A stretch of DNA of 64,000 bases from Candidatus Binatus sp. (GTDB lineage Bacteria; Desulfobacterota; Binatia; Binatales; Binataceae). Location: positions 48,298 through 112,297 of the forward strand of contig NZ_JAUSKL010000124.1 in NCBI RefSeq assembly GCF_030646925.1. The letters run 5' to 3'. Positions 1 through 9,128 of the stretch are shown one piece after another. The notes below the pieces were generated by a model. That model worked only from the letters and a program-made list of their open reading frames with translations. It did not search any database and was not told where the DNA came from. A program made the position numbers and the translations under genes. Every line of letters starts with the position of its first letter. Positions within the stretch are counted from its first letter, which is position 1.

Positions 1-221
1 TTCATCAGATTCTCTGCGTGACGCATCTGCCGCAGATTGCCGCGTTCGCCGATCGGCACTTCGTGGTCGAAAAAGAAGAGCGCCGCGGCTCGACCAAAAG
101 CCGCGTGACGATGCTGGCCGAACCTGAGCGCACCGGCGAAATCGCGCGGATGCTCGGTGGCGAGGCCTCCGACAAGTTTCGCCGCGCCGCCAAGGAACTG
201 CTCGACCTCGCCCGCACCTGA
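1..221 (+). CDS. recN: DNA repair protein RecN, C-terminal end (partial, continues upstream of window)
   Basis: C-terminal motif ...EIARMLGGE...AAKELL typical of RecN; ORF runs off 5' window edge. Confidence 0.55.
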   Translation, partial: HQILCVTHLPQIAAFADRHFVVEKEERRGSTKSRVTMLAEPERTGEIARMLGGEASDKFRRAAKELLDLART

Positions 222-333
222 GGCGAGCGCTAGACCGTCGGTCTCAGGCTTATGCCGTCTTTAGAATCGCCACGATCTGAGGTCGGTTGACAGCCCGGCG
301 CGCATCCGATTAGCTGAAAAATCCGCATTCGGT

Positions 334-409
334 GGGGCTGTAGCTCAGTTGGGAGAGCGCCTGAATGGCATTCAGGAGGTCGACGGTTCGATCCCGTTCA
401 GCTCCACCA
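334..409 (+). tRNA. tRNA-Ala (anticodon GGC)
   Basis: Cloverleaf read directly: acceptor GGGGCTG/CAGCTCC, D-arm GCTC..GAGC, anticodon loop ATGGCAT, T-loop TTCGATC, encoded CCA. Confidence 0.9.
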
Positions 410-711
410 ATCAAATCAAGGCTTTTTCGGTTTCGGACAGAATTGGACAGGCCTTGTCTGAAAACTGTCCGAATTTGTCAAGAAAGATGGAAGTATCGCA
501 GCTTTGCGGCCATACTCTGGGCCATGGTCGGACGCCCTACGGAAAGCATGTACCGCGAACGATGGTTATCTTCGATACATGAAACGTGTGCGTTCATTCG
601 CTATTGTAGAGGCCTCACGACTCGGATAAGACCAATCCGTTCGAGATGTTTGACCCTGTGGCGCGCTTGGTTTCGGTTGGATAGAGTCTGCGTGCGATTT
701 CAAGTGAACTC

Positions 712-1389
712 ATGATGTCAGATCCAAATCGTCCAGATTACTTCTTCTCGGTTGCGTTGGTCGGGGCCATGAACCCTGCGATTCATCACTACGCATGGTA
801 TCTGCACGAGAACATTCTGAAGAAAGAGGAAGCTGACATCGCCGCGCAGAGCGGAGCAGGGGTCTGTACCGCCCAATTATCGCAACTTCAATTTGGTGCG
901 ATTCTGATCTTCTGCGATCCCATCCGATGGCAGATCTCGACGTCCGAGATTCAGGCTGTGGGTCGCATCGTGAAGATTGCGGACGATACATTCTCGGTGC
1001 TCAGACACACGCCGGTGTCGGCGTTTGGCTTTAACTTCAATCACCATCGATCTACGAGATTGCCGAAGGTCAACAACACCTTAGCAAGGATGGTGCGTAG
1101 TCTGCCCTTGGGGCTCATCTCCGAGGACAGAGAAGAGTCTGCCGGAAAGCTGAATTATCAGCACTCGGTTGGCGGAGGGCGGGTGATCACAGTTCAAATA
1201 GAACCGTCAGTGAGGGGCCCCGACCAAGTCTACGTGGCAGTAAATGTCGAGTATCGCATGACGGCCGCGGCGGGGGAATTCAAGGCTTTCGAACTCAAAC
1301 TAGAAGAGCGCTTCCCTGGAGATCGGAAATTTGCGGAACAGCAACTTGAGTTCATAGTGAAGGCTCTAAATAGCCTAGAGGCAAATTGA
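712..1389 (+). CDS. hypothetical protein (first gene of 3-gene operon next to tRNA-Ala)
   Basis: 225-aa ORF, lower GC than flanks, stop TGA abuts next ATG (1390); no domain recognised. Confidence 0.5.
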   Translation: MMSDPNRPDYFFSVALVGAMNPAIHHYAWYLHENILKKEEADIAAQSGAGVCTAQLSQLQFGAILIFCDPIRWQISTSEIQAVGRIVKIADDTFSVLRHTPVSAFGFNFNHHRSTRLPKVNNTLARMVRSLPLGLISEDREESAGKLNYQHSVGGGRVITVQIEPSVRGPDQVYVAVNVEYRMTAAAGEFKAFELKLEERFPGDRKFAEQQLEFIVKALNSLEAN

Positions 1390-2217
1390 ATGGCGACGCC
1401 TTGCTCTCTGCGAGAACCAACCGACCGGCAGGGCATCCTTCCGCCCCTCGTGCTCTCCTCAACGGCAACTCGAAGCGCGAATTCTGCCGGGCAAGTTGGA
1501 ACGTCTGAGCAATTCCAGGCTGACGCGACGGGAGAGCCCTTAAGCGAATACGCCCGCAAAAAAAGCGTACCGTTGATGGGTCGAGCGTCTGCGGCGCGGG
1601 AAGTCATAAGAGCGATCGAGGTGAGCATTAAGAGTATTTCGGCTGGGCATTCCGGAGAATTGGGTGCTATTGGCCAGACGCTGGGTCGGCCTGTGACTTT
1701 GATTGGGCGTCCCGAGTTAGCGGAGTGGTACGAAAGGCTGGGCCGTTGGGTCGGACCTTTCGGCACCCGGACTGCTCAGGCTGAGCTTGTTCGCACATGG
1801 CTTGAGACCGGCGAAGAAGGTGCTGCCTGGCTGGTCGGTCAACTTCTTTGCGAGCAGCACGCTGATGCAATTTCGGGCTCATCAAGAGTGCTGCTTCAGA
1901 TGCGAGGCGCAGCTGCACCGCATGTAGTTGCAGCACTCGCGATGAGCGCCCGTTCGGAAGCAGTGGTTCCAGCGGTGACGTTCCTGCGCATTGTAAGAGA
2001 TCTGGATGCCGAGTCGGTAGGGCCGTGGTTGCCACAAATTTCGGAGATCTTGCACCGTCTGGTGGATCACTTCGATAAAGATGTGCGGCTGGCTGCCTTT
2101 CACACTTGCATAGATCTCCTGCCCGTCGAACAGGCTAAGCGAGTCCTGGCGCACAGGAGGGCAAAGGAGGCCGATCCCGAGCTAGCGGAGCTTCTTGAAT
2201 CCTTCCTGCGTCAGTAA
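1390..2217 (+). CDS. hypothetical protein (second gene of operon)
   Basis: 275-aa ORF immediately following previous stop; helical/repeat-like composition; no recognised family. Confidence 0.5.
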   Translation: MATPCSLREPTDRQGILPPLVLSSTATRSANSAGQVGTSEQFQADATGEPLSEYARKKSVPLMGRASAAREVIRAIEVSIKSISAGHSGELGAIGQTLGRPVTLIGRPELAEWYERLGRWVGPFGTRTAQAELVRTWLETGEEGAAWLVGQLLCEQHADAISGSSRVLLQMRGAAAPHVVAALAMSARSEAVVPAVTFLRIVRDLDAESVGPWLPQISEILHRLVDHFDKDVRLAAFHTCIDLLPVEQAKRVLAHRRAKEADPELAELLESFLRQ

Positions 2218-2232
2218 GGTTCATGACCTTGG

Positions 2233-2736
2233 ATGTGGATGCGGGAGGCACAGACGCGCAACTCTTGGGATAACCGCGATCCCGCGAATCCGGCTCATCG
2301 AGAACAGGCCGAAAAAGATCTGTTACGAACTGGCGATAAGAAGGTCTCGTTCTTTCGAGTTTCCTCGTGCGACGATATCGAGCGCGTCGCGTATCTCTTC
2401 GCATTGTGCATCAAAGGAGGTCAAGACCGATTCGACTACATGCTGCTAGACGAGAGTCTTCACAGTGCGTTCCAATTCGTTCCAAAACAAGATGCTGAGC
2501 TACATCCGTATTTACGGCCTCGCCACGTAGAGCTGAACTTGGAGTACCGCAAGACTCTTGATGCATTCCTGGACCTAGCCCTTGGCAGTAACGCCACGCG
2601 CCGGTTTTATGAGCGTGAGGTCGTTTGCGCCTTCGAGGCTATGAGCGGATTGGAACGGAGGGAAATCCTGGACTTCCAAAAGCAGCCTGAAAGGTGGAGA
2701 AAGAGCCTGAGCCGTATTGCGCCAGCACCTTCCTGA
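2233..2736 (+). CDS. hypothetical protein (third gene of operon)
   Basis: 167-aa ORF 16 nt after previous stop, same strand, lower GC. Confidence 0.45.
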   Translation: MWMREAQTRNSWDNRDPANPAHREQAEKDLLRTGDKKVSFFRVSSCDDIERVAYLFALCIKGGQDRFDYMLLDESLHSAFQFVPKQDAELHPYLRPRHVELNLEYRKTLDAFLDLALGSNATRRFYEREVVCAFEAMSGLERREILDFQKQPERWRKSLSRIAPAPS

Positions 2737-2922
2737 ATCGCGTTAAAGCACTTTAGCTAGTTACACGCGCTCCCTGGGACGATAGCTGGACGCCCCCGCA
2801 GTACGGATGTAACCCACGTGGGCGGCTGAGTCCACGCTTATAGCTCGCTTAATACACAAACGTTTTTCTCGCGAAAGGGCGCGCGCAAGCTTGTGATTCG
2901 AGCGGGTAATGCCTAATTTGCG

Positions 2923-3333
2923 ATGAGCCGGTCGTTGAGCAATCCGATTTGGGGATGGCTGAGCCTCACGATCGCCGCGGTCTATTCCGTGATTTGGCCG
3001 GGATGGCGCGACGCGCATCCGGCGCCGCATCCGTTTGCGATCTGTTTCGTGCTGCGATGGTTTCACGCGATCACATGGATTTTGCTCGCAGCTTCATTCT
3101 TCATCCGATCGTCTATTGCGCCGTCGCGAACCACGCTCGCCAACGCGATCGCGCCCGCCGCGATGCTCTGTTACGTCGCGTTCATCGCCACCTTCGCATA
3201 TTTCCGCACGACCCAGGTTGGTCGAGAGCAACCTCCTCGATTTCGGACGAGACGCTCATTGTGCCGAAGCCGGGGACAAGCCAATCCCTGCGGGGTGTCT
3301 GAATGCGCAATCCTGGCAGCTCGACGCCGCTGA
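2923..3333 (+). CDS. small hydrophobic membrane protein, copy 1 (3' end diverged, reads through into Arg-rich tail)
   Basis: ORF with ~3 predicted TM segments (IWPGWRDAHP..FHAITWILLAASFFI..); body nearly identical to copy at 6369-6602; lacks the native stop seen in copy 2. Confidence 0.4.
   Translation: MSRSLSNPIWGWLSLTIAAVYSVIWPGWRDAHPAPHPFAICFVLRWFHAITWILLAASFFIRSSIAPSRTTLANAIAPAAMLCYVAFIATFAYFRTTQVGREQPPRFRTRRSLCRSRGQANPCGVSECAILAARRR
2941..3216. repeat. direct repeat copy 1 (~276 bp, ~90% identical to 6321-6596)
   Basis: Nucleotide alignment by eye: aatccgatttggggatggctgag...cgcacgaccca vs aatccgctctggggacggctgag...cgcacgaccca. Confidence 0.85.
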
Positions 3334-5651
3334 CGACGCGGTCGCGCGGCCTGACTAGCGAAGAAGCTCATCGGCGTCTTCTCGAGTCTGGCCCCAATGC
3401 CGTGACCGAGAAGAAACCACATCTAATTGTGGCGCTCATCGGTAAGTTCTGGGCTCCGGTTCCGTGGATGCTCGAAGTCACCGTCGTGCTCGAGCTTGCG
3501 CTTGGCAAGGTTCTTGAGGCGGCTGTCATTGCGGTGCTGCTGGTCTTCAATGCCTCACTGAGCCTGTTCCAGGAAACGCGCGCGCGCGGCGCGCTGGAGC
3601 TGCTGCAACAGCGGCTTGCCGTGCAGGCTAGGGTTCTGCGTGACGGCGTATGGGGTCTGATTCCAGCAGAGCAGATGGTCCCGGGTGATTTCGTTCACTT
3701 GCAAATGGGCGACCTTGTGCCAGCCGACGTCGGCATCCGCGACGGAGAGGTGTTGCTCGATCAATCGGCACTTACCGGTGAGTCGGTGCCGGTAGAAGCG
3801 GACCAGGGCAAGACTGCTTACGCCGGCTCGTTGGTTAAGCGTGGCGAGGCCAGCGGCGAGGTCACGGCGACTGGCCAGCGAACCTTTTTTGGAAGGACCG
3901 CCGAACTGGTTCGCTCAGCCAGGACGGTCAGCCACCTGCAAAGCATCATCTTCTCGATCGTGAAGTACTTGGTGGCGATGGACACGGCGCTGGCGGTCGC
4001 GGTCTTCTTGTACGCCGCGCTCGTCGGTATGCCTCTCGCCGATACGCTTCCATTCGTACTGATCCTGCTGGTGGCTTCGGTTCCGGTCGCGCTACCGGCC
4101 ACGTTCACTTTGGCAACTGCGCTCGGCGCGGTGGAATTGGCCAAGCGCGGTGTTCTCGTGACGCGTCTGTCGGCGATCGAGGAAGCGGCGGCGATGGACA
4201 TGTTGTGCAGCGATAAAACCGGAACGATCACCCAAAATCAGCTATCGCTGGTGGCGTTGCATTCATACGCGCCGTTCAGCGAACACGACCTGTTGCGGTT
4301 CGCCGCATATGCCAGCGACGAAGCGGGCCAGGACCCGATCGATCTCGCCGTTCTCGCTCGCGCCAAAGCTGAAGGCACGCTCTCGGCGCCGACTCATCGG
4401 CTCAAGTTCATTCCGTTTGAGCCAGCAAGCAAGCTTGCCGAAGCCATCGTTGGCCAGGACGGAAAAGAATTGCGCGCCCTAAAGGGTGCGCCTCAAGCGG
4501 TTGCCGCGCGGGTCGGACACACTACCGACATAGATGCCGACGTTGAGCGACTTTCAGCGGGAGGTTACCGCGTGCTCGCAGTTGCGGGTGGCGCCGACGG
4601 CAGCTTGCGCTTGATCGGACTCCTGGCGCTTCAGGATCCGCCGCGCGGGGATTCCAGGTCGTTGGTGGCAAGCCTGAACAAGTTGGGTGTTCGCGTCGTG
4701 ATGGTAACCGGAGACGGGCTCGCGACAGCTCGTGCAGTAGCTGCGCAGGTCGGGATCTCGGGCCGTGCCTGTTCGTCGCAGGATTTGCGCGAGAACATCG
4801 ATAAGGCGCTCGATTGCGCAGTCTTCGCCGGTGTCTTTCCCGAAGACAAGTTTCAGCTCGTGCGCGCCCTGCAGCAGGCGGGACATGTTGTCGGCATGAC
4901 TGGAGACGGAGTCAACGACGCCCCGGCGCTCAAGCAGGCTGAAGTTGGGATCGCGGTCGCCACCGCCACCGACGTGGCGAAAGCCTCGGCCAGCTTGGTG
5001 CTCACCAATCCCGGTCTCACTGACACCCTGGCCGCGGTCGAAAGCAGCCGGCGCATCTATCAGCGCATGCTGACCTACACGCTCAACAAGATCATCAAGA
5101 CCGTCGAGATTGGGCTCTTCCTCAGCGTCGGCGTGATTGTTACGCGCACCTTCATCATTACGCCGCTACTGATCGTAATGCTGCTGTTCACGAATGACTT
5201 CGTAACCATGTCGATTGCGACCGATCACGTATCCGCGTCCCCGATGCCGGATCGTTGGCACATCCGCCGTCTGATGCTGGCTGGAATGAGTCTCGGCAGT
5301 CTCATCCTGCTGCTGTCGTTTGGCTTGTTTTTCTGGGGGCGGGACCTTCTTCACCTGTCGCTTCTTCAACTGCAGACACTGGTCTTTGTCACACTCGTGT
5401 TCACAGGTCAGGGGATGGTCTATCTGGTGCGCGAGCGCCACCACTTCTGGAATTCTGCTCCAAGCCGATGGATGATTCTCAGCTCGATTATAGACGTGGG
5501 AGTGGTGTGTCTGATGTCGATGCGGGGCATTTTGATGGCGCCTCTGCCGGGTGCGGTGATCGCATCGGTGATTCTCGCGTGCGCGCTGTACCTGATCGCT
5601 CTGGACTTCCTGAAGGTCCCAATTTTGGCGCGCCTGATGTACACGTCGTGA
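3303..5651 (+). CDS. P-type ATPase, plasma-membrane H+-ATPase-like (P3A subfamily)
   Basis: DKTGTIT phosphorylation motif, TGES actuator motif, TGDGVNDAPALK hinge, 8-10 TM; N-terminus GLTSEEAHRRLLESGPN typical of P3A pumps. Confidence 0.9.
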   Translation: MRNPGSSTPLTTRSRGLTSEEAHRRLLESGPNAVTEKKPHLIVALIGKFWAPVPWMLEVTVVLELALGKVLEAAVIAVLLVFNASLSLFQETRARGALELLQQRLAVQARVLRDGVWGLIPAEQMVPGDFVHLQMGDLVPADVGIRDGEVLLDQSALTGESVPVEADQGKTAYAGSLVKRGEASGEVTATGQRTFFGRTAELVRSARTVSHLQSIIFSIVKYLVAMDTALAVAVFLYAALVGMPLADTLPFVLILLVASVPVALPATFTLATALGAVELAKRGVLVTRLSAIEEAAAMDMLCSDKTGTITQNQLSLVALHSYAPFSEHDLLRFAAYASDEAGQDPIDLAVLARAKAEGTLSAPTHRLKFIPFEPASKLAEAIVGQDGKELRALKGAPQAVAARVGHTTDIDADVERLSAGGYRVLAVAGGADGSLRLIGLLALQDPPRGDSRSLVASLNKLGVRVVMVTGDGLATARAVAAQVGISGRACSSQDLRENIDKALDCAVFAGVFPEDKFQLVRALQQAGHVVGMTGDGVNDAPALKQAEVGIAVATATDVAKASASLVLTNPGLTDTLAAVESSRRIYQRMLTYTLNKIIKTVEIGLFLSVGVIVTRTFIITPLLIVMLLFTNDFVTMSIATDHVSASPMPDRWHIRRLMLAGMSLGSLILLLSFGLFFWGRDLLHLSLLQLQTLVFVTLVFTGQGMVYLVRERHHFWNSAPSRWMILSSIIDVGVVCLMSMRGILMAPLPGAVIASVILACALYLIALDFLKVPILARLMYTS

Positions 5652-5717
5652 GGTTTGTCAGAAGCGCAAGTGCTTCCGGCCAGAGTCCCTATCACTCAAA
5701 ATAGCCAGATGGAACTA

Positions 5718-6266
5718 ATGATGAACAAGGTGCTGTTGGTTCTCGTCCTGATAGCAATTGCTCCTATCTCTTCAGCCTGGTCCGCAGGTCCCGACTTCAT
5801 CGTCTGCAAAAGCACCTATGCCTTGTGCACTACGGCGGAGTGCTCCCCGATAGCTGACAAGCCGGGATTCGTGTCATGTAACTGCAATGTTACGACCGGC
5901 TACTCTGCCGGACTGCGAGCCTGCGAAGAGAAAAACGCCAGCGAGGGCCGGTCGCTCAAATCGCGCTACCATCCAATCAATAGCTACGCGCGTTGCTCTA
6001 ACGATCGCCCCTGGGGATGGTGCCTGGACAGCCCCTGCGTGGTGGATAACAGCGACCCTTCAAAGGCCGCCTGTGCGTGTTCGGTGGTTAAGAATCAAGG
6101 AGATTACGTGATCGTCAACGATACCGGCTCCTACAATGAGTCCTCATGCACTACCGGACTCTATTCATCAGCGACCGTCGTGCAGCTAGATCAGGTCACC
6201 GATTTTCTGAAGACTCACGACACCCCGCTGCATCCAGTTCCTATGAAGATTTACACGGGCAAGTAG
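5718..6266 (+). CDS. secreted cysteine-rich protein of unknown function
   Basis: Start 4 nt after ATPase stop region; N-terminal signal peptide MMNKVLLVLVLIAIAPISSAWS; ~16 Cys; no family recognised. Confidence 0.6.
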   Translation: MMNKVLLVLVLIAIAPISSAWSAGPDFIVCKSTYALCTTAECSPIADKPGFVSCNCNVTTGYSAGLRACEEKNASEGRSLKSRYHPINSYARCSNDRPWGWCLDSPCVVDNSDPSKAACACSVVKNQGDYVIVNDTGSYNESSCTTGLYSSATVVQLDQVTDFLKTHDTPLHPVPMKIYTGK

Positions 6267-6320
6267 ATGCTCGCATGCTCGGGCAGGCTTTCGATGCCGA
6301 CGTGAACTGGTCCTTGGACC

Positions 6321-6596
6321 AATCCGCTCTGGGGACGGCTGAGTCACGCGATCGCTGTCATCTATTCCGTGATTTGGCCGGGATGGCGCGATGCGCATCC
6401 GTCGCCGCATCCGTTCGCGATCTATTTCGTGCTGCGATGGTTTCACGCGATCACCTGGATCGTGCTCGCAGCTTCGTTCTTCATCCGCTCGTCGATTGCG
6501 CCGTCGCGAATCACGCTCGCCAACGCGATCGCGCTCGCCGCGATGCTCTCTTACGTCGCGTTCATCGCCACCTTCGCGTACATCCGCACGACCCAT
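6321..6596. repeat. direct repeat copy 2 (partner of 2941-3216)
   Basis: see copy 1. Confidence 0.85.
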
Positions 6597-6602
6597 TCGT
6601 AA
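6369..6602 (+). CDS. small hydrophobic membrane protein, copy 2 (intact C-terminus ...IRTTHS-stop; start GTG/TTG uncertain)
   Basis: Paralogue of 2923-3333; upstream in-frame stop at ~6303 limits N-terminus. Confidence 0.45.
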   Translation: MIWPGWRDAHPSPHPFAIYFVLRWFHAITWIVLAASFFIRSSIAPSRITLANAIALAAMLSYVAFIATFAYIRTTHS

Positions 6603-6762
6603 CCGCCAACATTGACGGAGAGGCCAATTTGTCCGCATTCACGCTCGACAGGGTGCGATTCGGTTTCATCTATGACCCGTTGTGAAACATTAATGCAACA
6701 TATAAAGTATCTGAATGCGAGCTCAACATTCACCACTTAAGCCCCGAGTCGCAAGCCGACCA

Positions 6763-7101
6763 ATGGAGAGCGCAGTAGCACGGATTCTAGACGACCTCGA
6801 GCAGCGCGGGGGACTCAAGGGCTCCGATGTCGCGAACATCGTCAATGCGTCGCGGCCGACCGTGTCGCGATGGAAGAGCGGCAAAGCCTCGCCGCCGCTC
6901 GCAACTCAGACCATCATCGCCGACCTGCGCTATGTCGTCGATCGACTGTCTGACTTCTATACGCCATCCGAGACGCGACTATGGCTTCATGCGAAACATC
7001 AACTGCTGAACAACGAACGTGCGATCGATCTGATCATTGCGGACCGCACGCAGGAAGTTCTCGCCGTTATCGAACGCCTCGATGCCGGTGCTTACCTATG
7101 A
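6763..7101 (+). CDS. Xre-family / DUF2384 antitoxin of RES-Xre toxin-antitoxin pair
   Basis: HTH-like N-terminus plus C-terminal region typical of Xre/MbcA/ParS antitoxins; directly upstream of RES-domain gene. Confidence 0.7.
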   Translation: MESAVARILDDLEQRGGLKGSDVANIVNASRPTVSRWKSGKASPPLATQTIIADLRYVVDRLSDFYTPSETRLWLHAKHQLLNNERAIDLIIADRTQEVLAVIERLDAGAYL

Positions 7102-7121
7102 CCATCCAGGCTTGACCTGCC

Positions 7122-7667
7122 ATGCCGGGAGCACGGAAGCCGCGCGATCCCGCACTGCTCGACGCACTCGATGCCCTCGATAGAGTTCATTATGCCGGCG
7201 AAGCTTGGCGGGTTGTGCGCGACGGCCGGGATCCTCTGCAGGGAAATGCTTCCGGCGGACGCTGGGATCCCACGTTGTTTGACGTACTCTACACCTCCCT
7301 GGATCCGGATGGAGCCGTTGCAGAAGTTCACTTTCACCTGTCACGTCAGCCGGTCTTTCCGTCGAGGATCAGCTACCGACTGCATCGCATCAAAGTCAGG
7401 ACCGCGAAGACTCTCAGCCTTCCGGATTTAGACGCGATGGTTCCGCTTGGCGTCGATCCGGCCCGATACCGCGCGATCCTCTACGAGCCCACTCAGGCAA
7501 TCGGCGACGCCGCTTACTTCCTCGGTTTCGACAGTATCATCGCCCCGAATGCTCGCTGGTCATGCGACAACTTGATCGTATTCACCGATCAGCTCGCGCC
7601 CGCCGAGCTGGAAGTCATCGAGTCGACGGAAGTCAATTGGACCAAATGGCGGAAGAAGCTGAACTGA
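7122..7667 (+). CDS. RES-domain toxin (MbcT/ParT-like NAD-targeting toxin family)
   Basis: Conserved R (GGRWDP), E (AVAEVHFHL) and S (IIAPNARWS) positions of the RES domain; 181 aa. Confidence 0.8.
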   Translation: MPGARKPRDPALLDALDALDRVHYAGEAWRVVRDGRDPLQGNASGGRWDPTLFDVLYTSLDPDGAVAEVHFHLSRQPVFPSRISYRLHRIKVRTAKTLSLPDLDAMVPLGVDPARYRAILYEPTQAIGDAAYFLGFDSIIAPNARWSCDNLIVFTDQLAPAELEVIESTEVNWTKWRKKLN

Positions 7668-7775
7668 TCGTATTCGCCGACGTGTGATTTTGCGCGGCGA
7701 TCGACGCTTTGACTTTTGCGCTGCGATGACGCATGGCTTGTCGGGTATGCTCCATCAGCAGCGGAGGTAAGAACG

Positions 7776-8144
7776 ATGATCGACCACGTCGGTTTTAAGG
7801 TTTCTGACTTCCAGAAGAGCAAGAAGTTCTATGAAGCCGCGCTGAAGTGCCTCGGTTACGGCGTCGTCTTCGGCGACGACGCGCAAAAGTTCGCCGGCTT
7901 CGGCGGCAAGGACGGTCCGGATTTCTGGATCACCCAGGGAACGGCCGGGGCGCCGGCGCATGTCGCGCTGCGAGCCTCCGATCGCGCGACCGTCGGACGA
8001 TTTCACGCCGACGCCCTCGCCGCCGGCGGGCGCGACAACGGCAAGCCGGGCCCGCGTCCCGAATACACGCCGACCTATTACGGCGCGTTCGTGCTCGATC
8101 CCGACGGCAACAACGTCGAGGTGGTCTGCCACGCGAGCGCGTAA
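7776..8144 (+). CDS. VOC family protein (glyoxalase/bleomycin-resistance/dioxygenase fold)
   Basis: MIDHVGFKVSDFQKSKKFYEAAL... typical VOC N-terminus; GGAGG RBS upstream. Confidence 0.8.
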   Translation: MIDHVGFKVSDFQKSKKFYEAALKCLGYGVVFGDDAQKFAGFGGKDGPDFWITQGTAGAPAHVALRASDRATVGRFHADALAAGGRDNGKPGPRPEYTPTYYGAFVLDPDGNNVEVVCHASA

Positions 8145-8198
8145 CGCGAACCGGCGAAACCCGAATTTGATCGACCGACTGCGCCGCGTGTTCCCTGC

Positions 8199-9122
8199 AT
8201 GAAAATACTGGTGATGGGCGCCGGCGCGGTCGGCTCGTACTTCGGCGCGCGCCTGCAAGCCGCGGGCGAAGACGTGGTGCTATGCGCGCGGGGCCAGCAT
8301 CTCGAGGCGATTCGCGAGCGAGGCCTCGACATCGCGAGTCCTCGCGGCGATCTTAAAATTCCCGTCACCGCGACCGCCAAGCCCGCGGAGTGCGCGCCGT
8401 ACGATCTGATTATTTTCAGCGTGAAGGGTTATGACACTGACGCAGCGGCTGAATTGATCCAGGGATGCATCAAGCCGGGCGGCGCGATTCTCACGATCCA
8501 GAACGGCGTCGAAAATGAAGCGCGCCTCGCCGCGATTTTCGGCGCCGACGCCGTGATGGGTGGTAACGCGCGCGTCGGCGTCGAGATGGTTGCGCCCGGC
8601 AAAATCGTTCACTTCAGCACGGGCCATATCGATTTCGGCGAACTCGACGGCCGCGAGAGCGATCGCGCGCTTAAAATCGCCGACGCGTTTCGGCGCGCCG
8701 GCATCCTCGGCCAGCTATCTGCCGATCTCAAGACGCTGCGCTGGGACAAGTTGATTTGGAACGGCTCGCTGAATACAATCGCGACGCTGACGCGGCGGCG
8801 GGTCTGCGAACTGCTCGACGATCCTGAAAGTATGCGGCTGCTGCGCACGCTGATGACGGAAATCGCCGCCGTCGGACGCGCCGAGGGCGCAAAGCTCGGC
8901 GATGATCGCGTCGAGGCTTACATCGCGCATTCGCAGAAAAATCTGCGCGCGCTCAAAACCTCGACCCAGCAGGACCTCGAGCACGGCAAGCCGCTCGAAT
9001 ACGACGAGCTGAGCGGCGCCGTAGTGCGAGCGGCGCGCCGGCATCGAATCGATGTGCCGGCCAACGAGACTATTTACGCCCTGCTGCGATTGCTCGACGG
9101 CGCGTCGCGCTCGATTTCCTAG
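8199..9122 (+). CDS. panE: 2-dehydropantoate 2-reductase (ketopantoate reductase)
   Basis: MKILVMGAGAVGSYFGARL Rossmann N-terminus and ApbA/PanE C-terminal domain. Confidence 0.85.
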   Translation: MKILVMGAGAVGSYFGARLQAAGEDVVLCARGQHLEAIRERGLDIASPRGDLKIPVTATAKPAECAPYDLIIFSVKGYDTDAAAELIQGCIKPGGAILTIQNGVENEARLAAIFGADAVMGGNARVGVEMVAPGKIVHFSTGHIDFGELDGRESDRALKIADAFRRAGILGQLSADLKTLRWDKLIWNGSLNTIATLTRRRVCELLDDPESMRLLRTLMTEIAAVGRAEGAKLGDDRVEAYIAHSQKNLRALKTSTQQDLEHGKPLEYDELSGAVVRAARRHRIDVPANETIYALLRLLDGASRSIS

Positions 9123-9128
9123 CCGACT

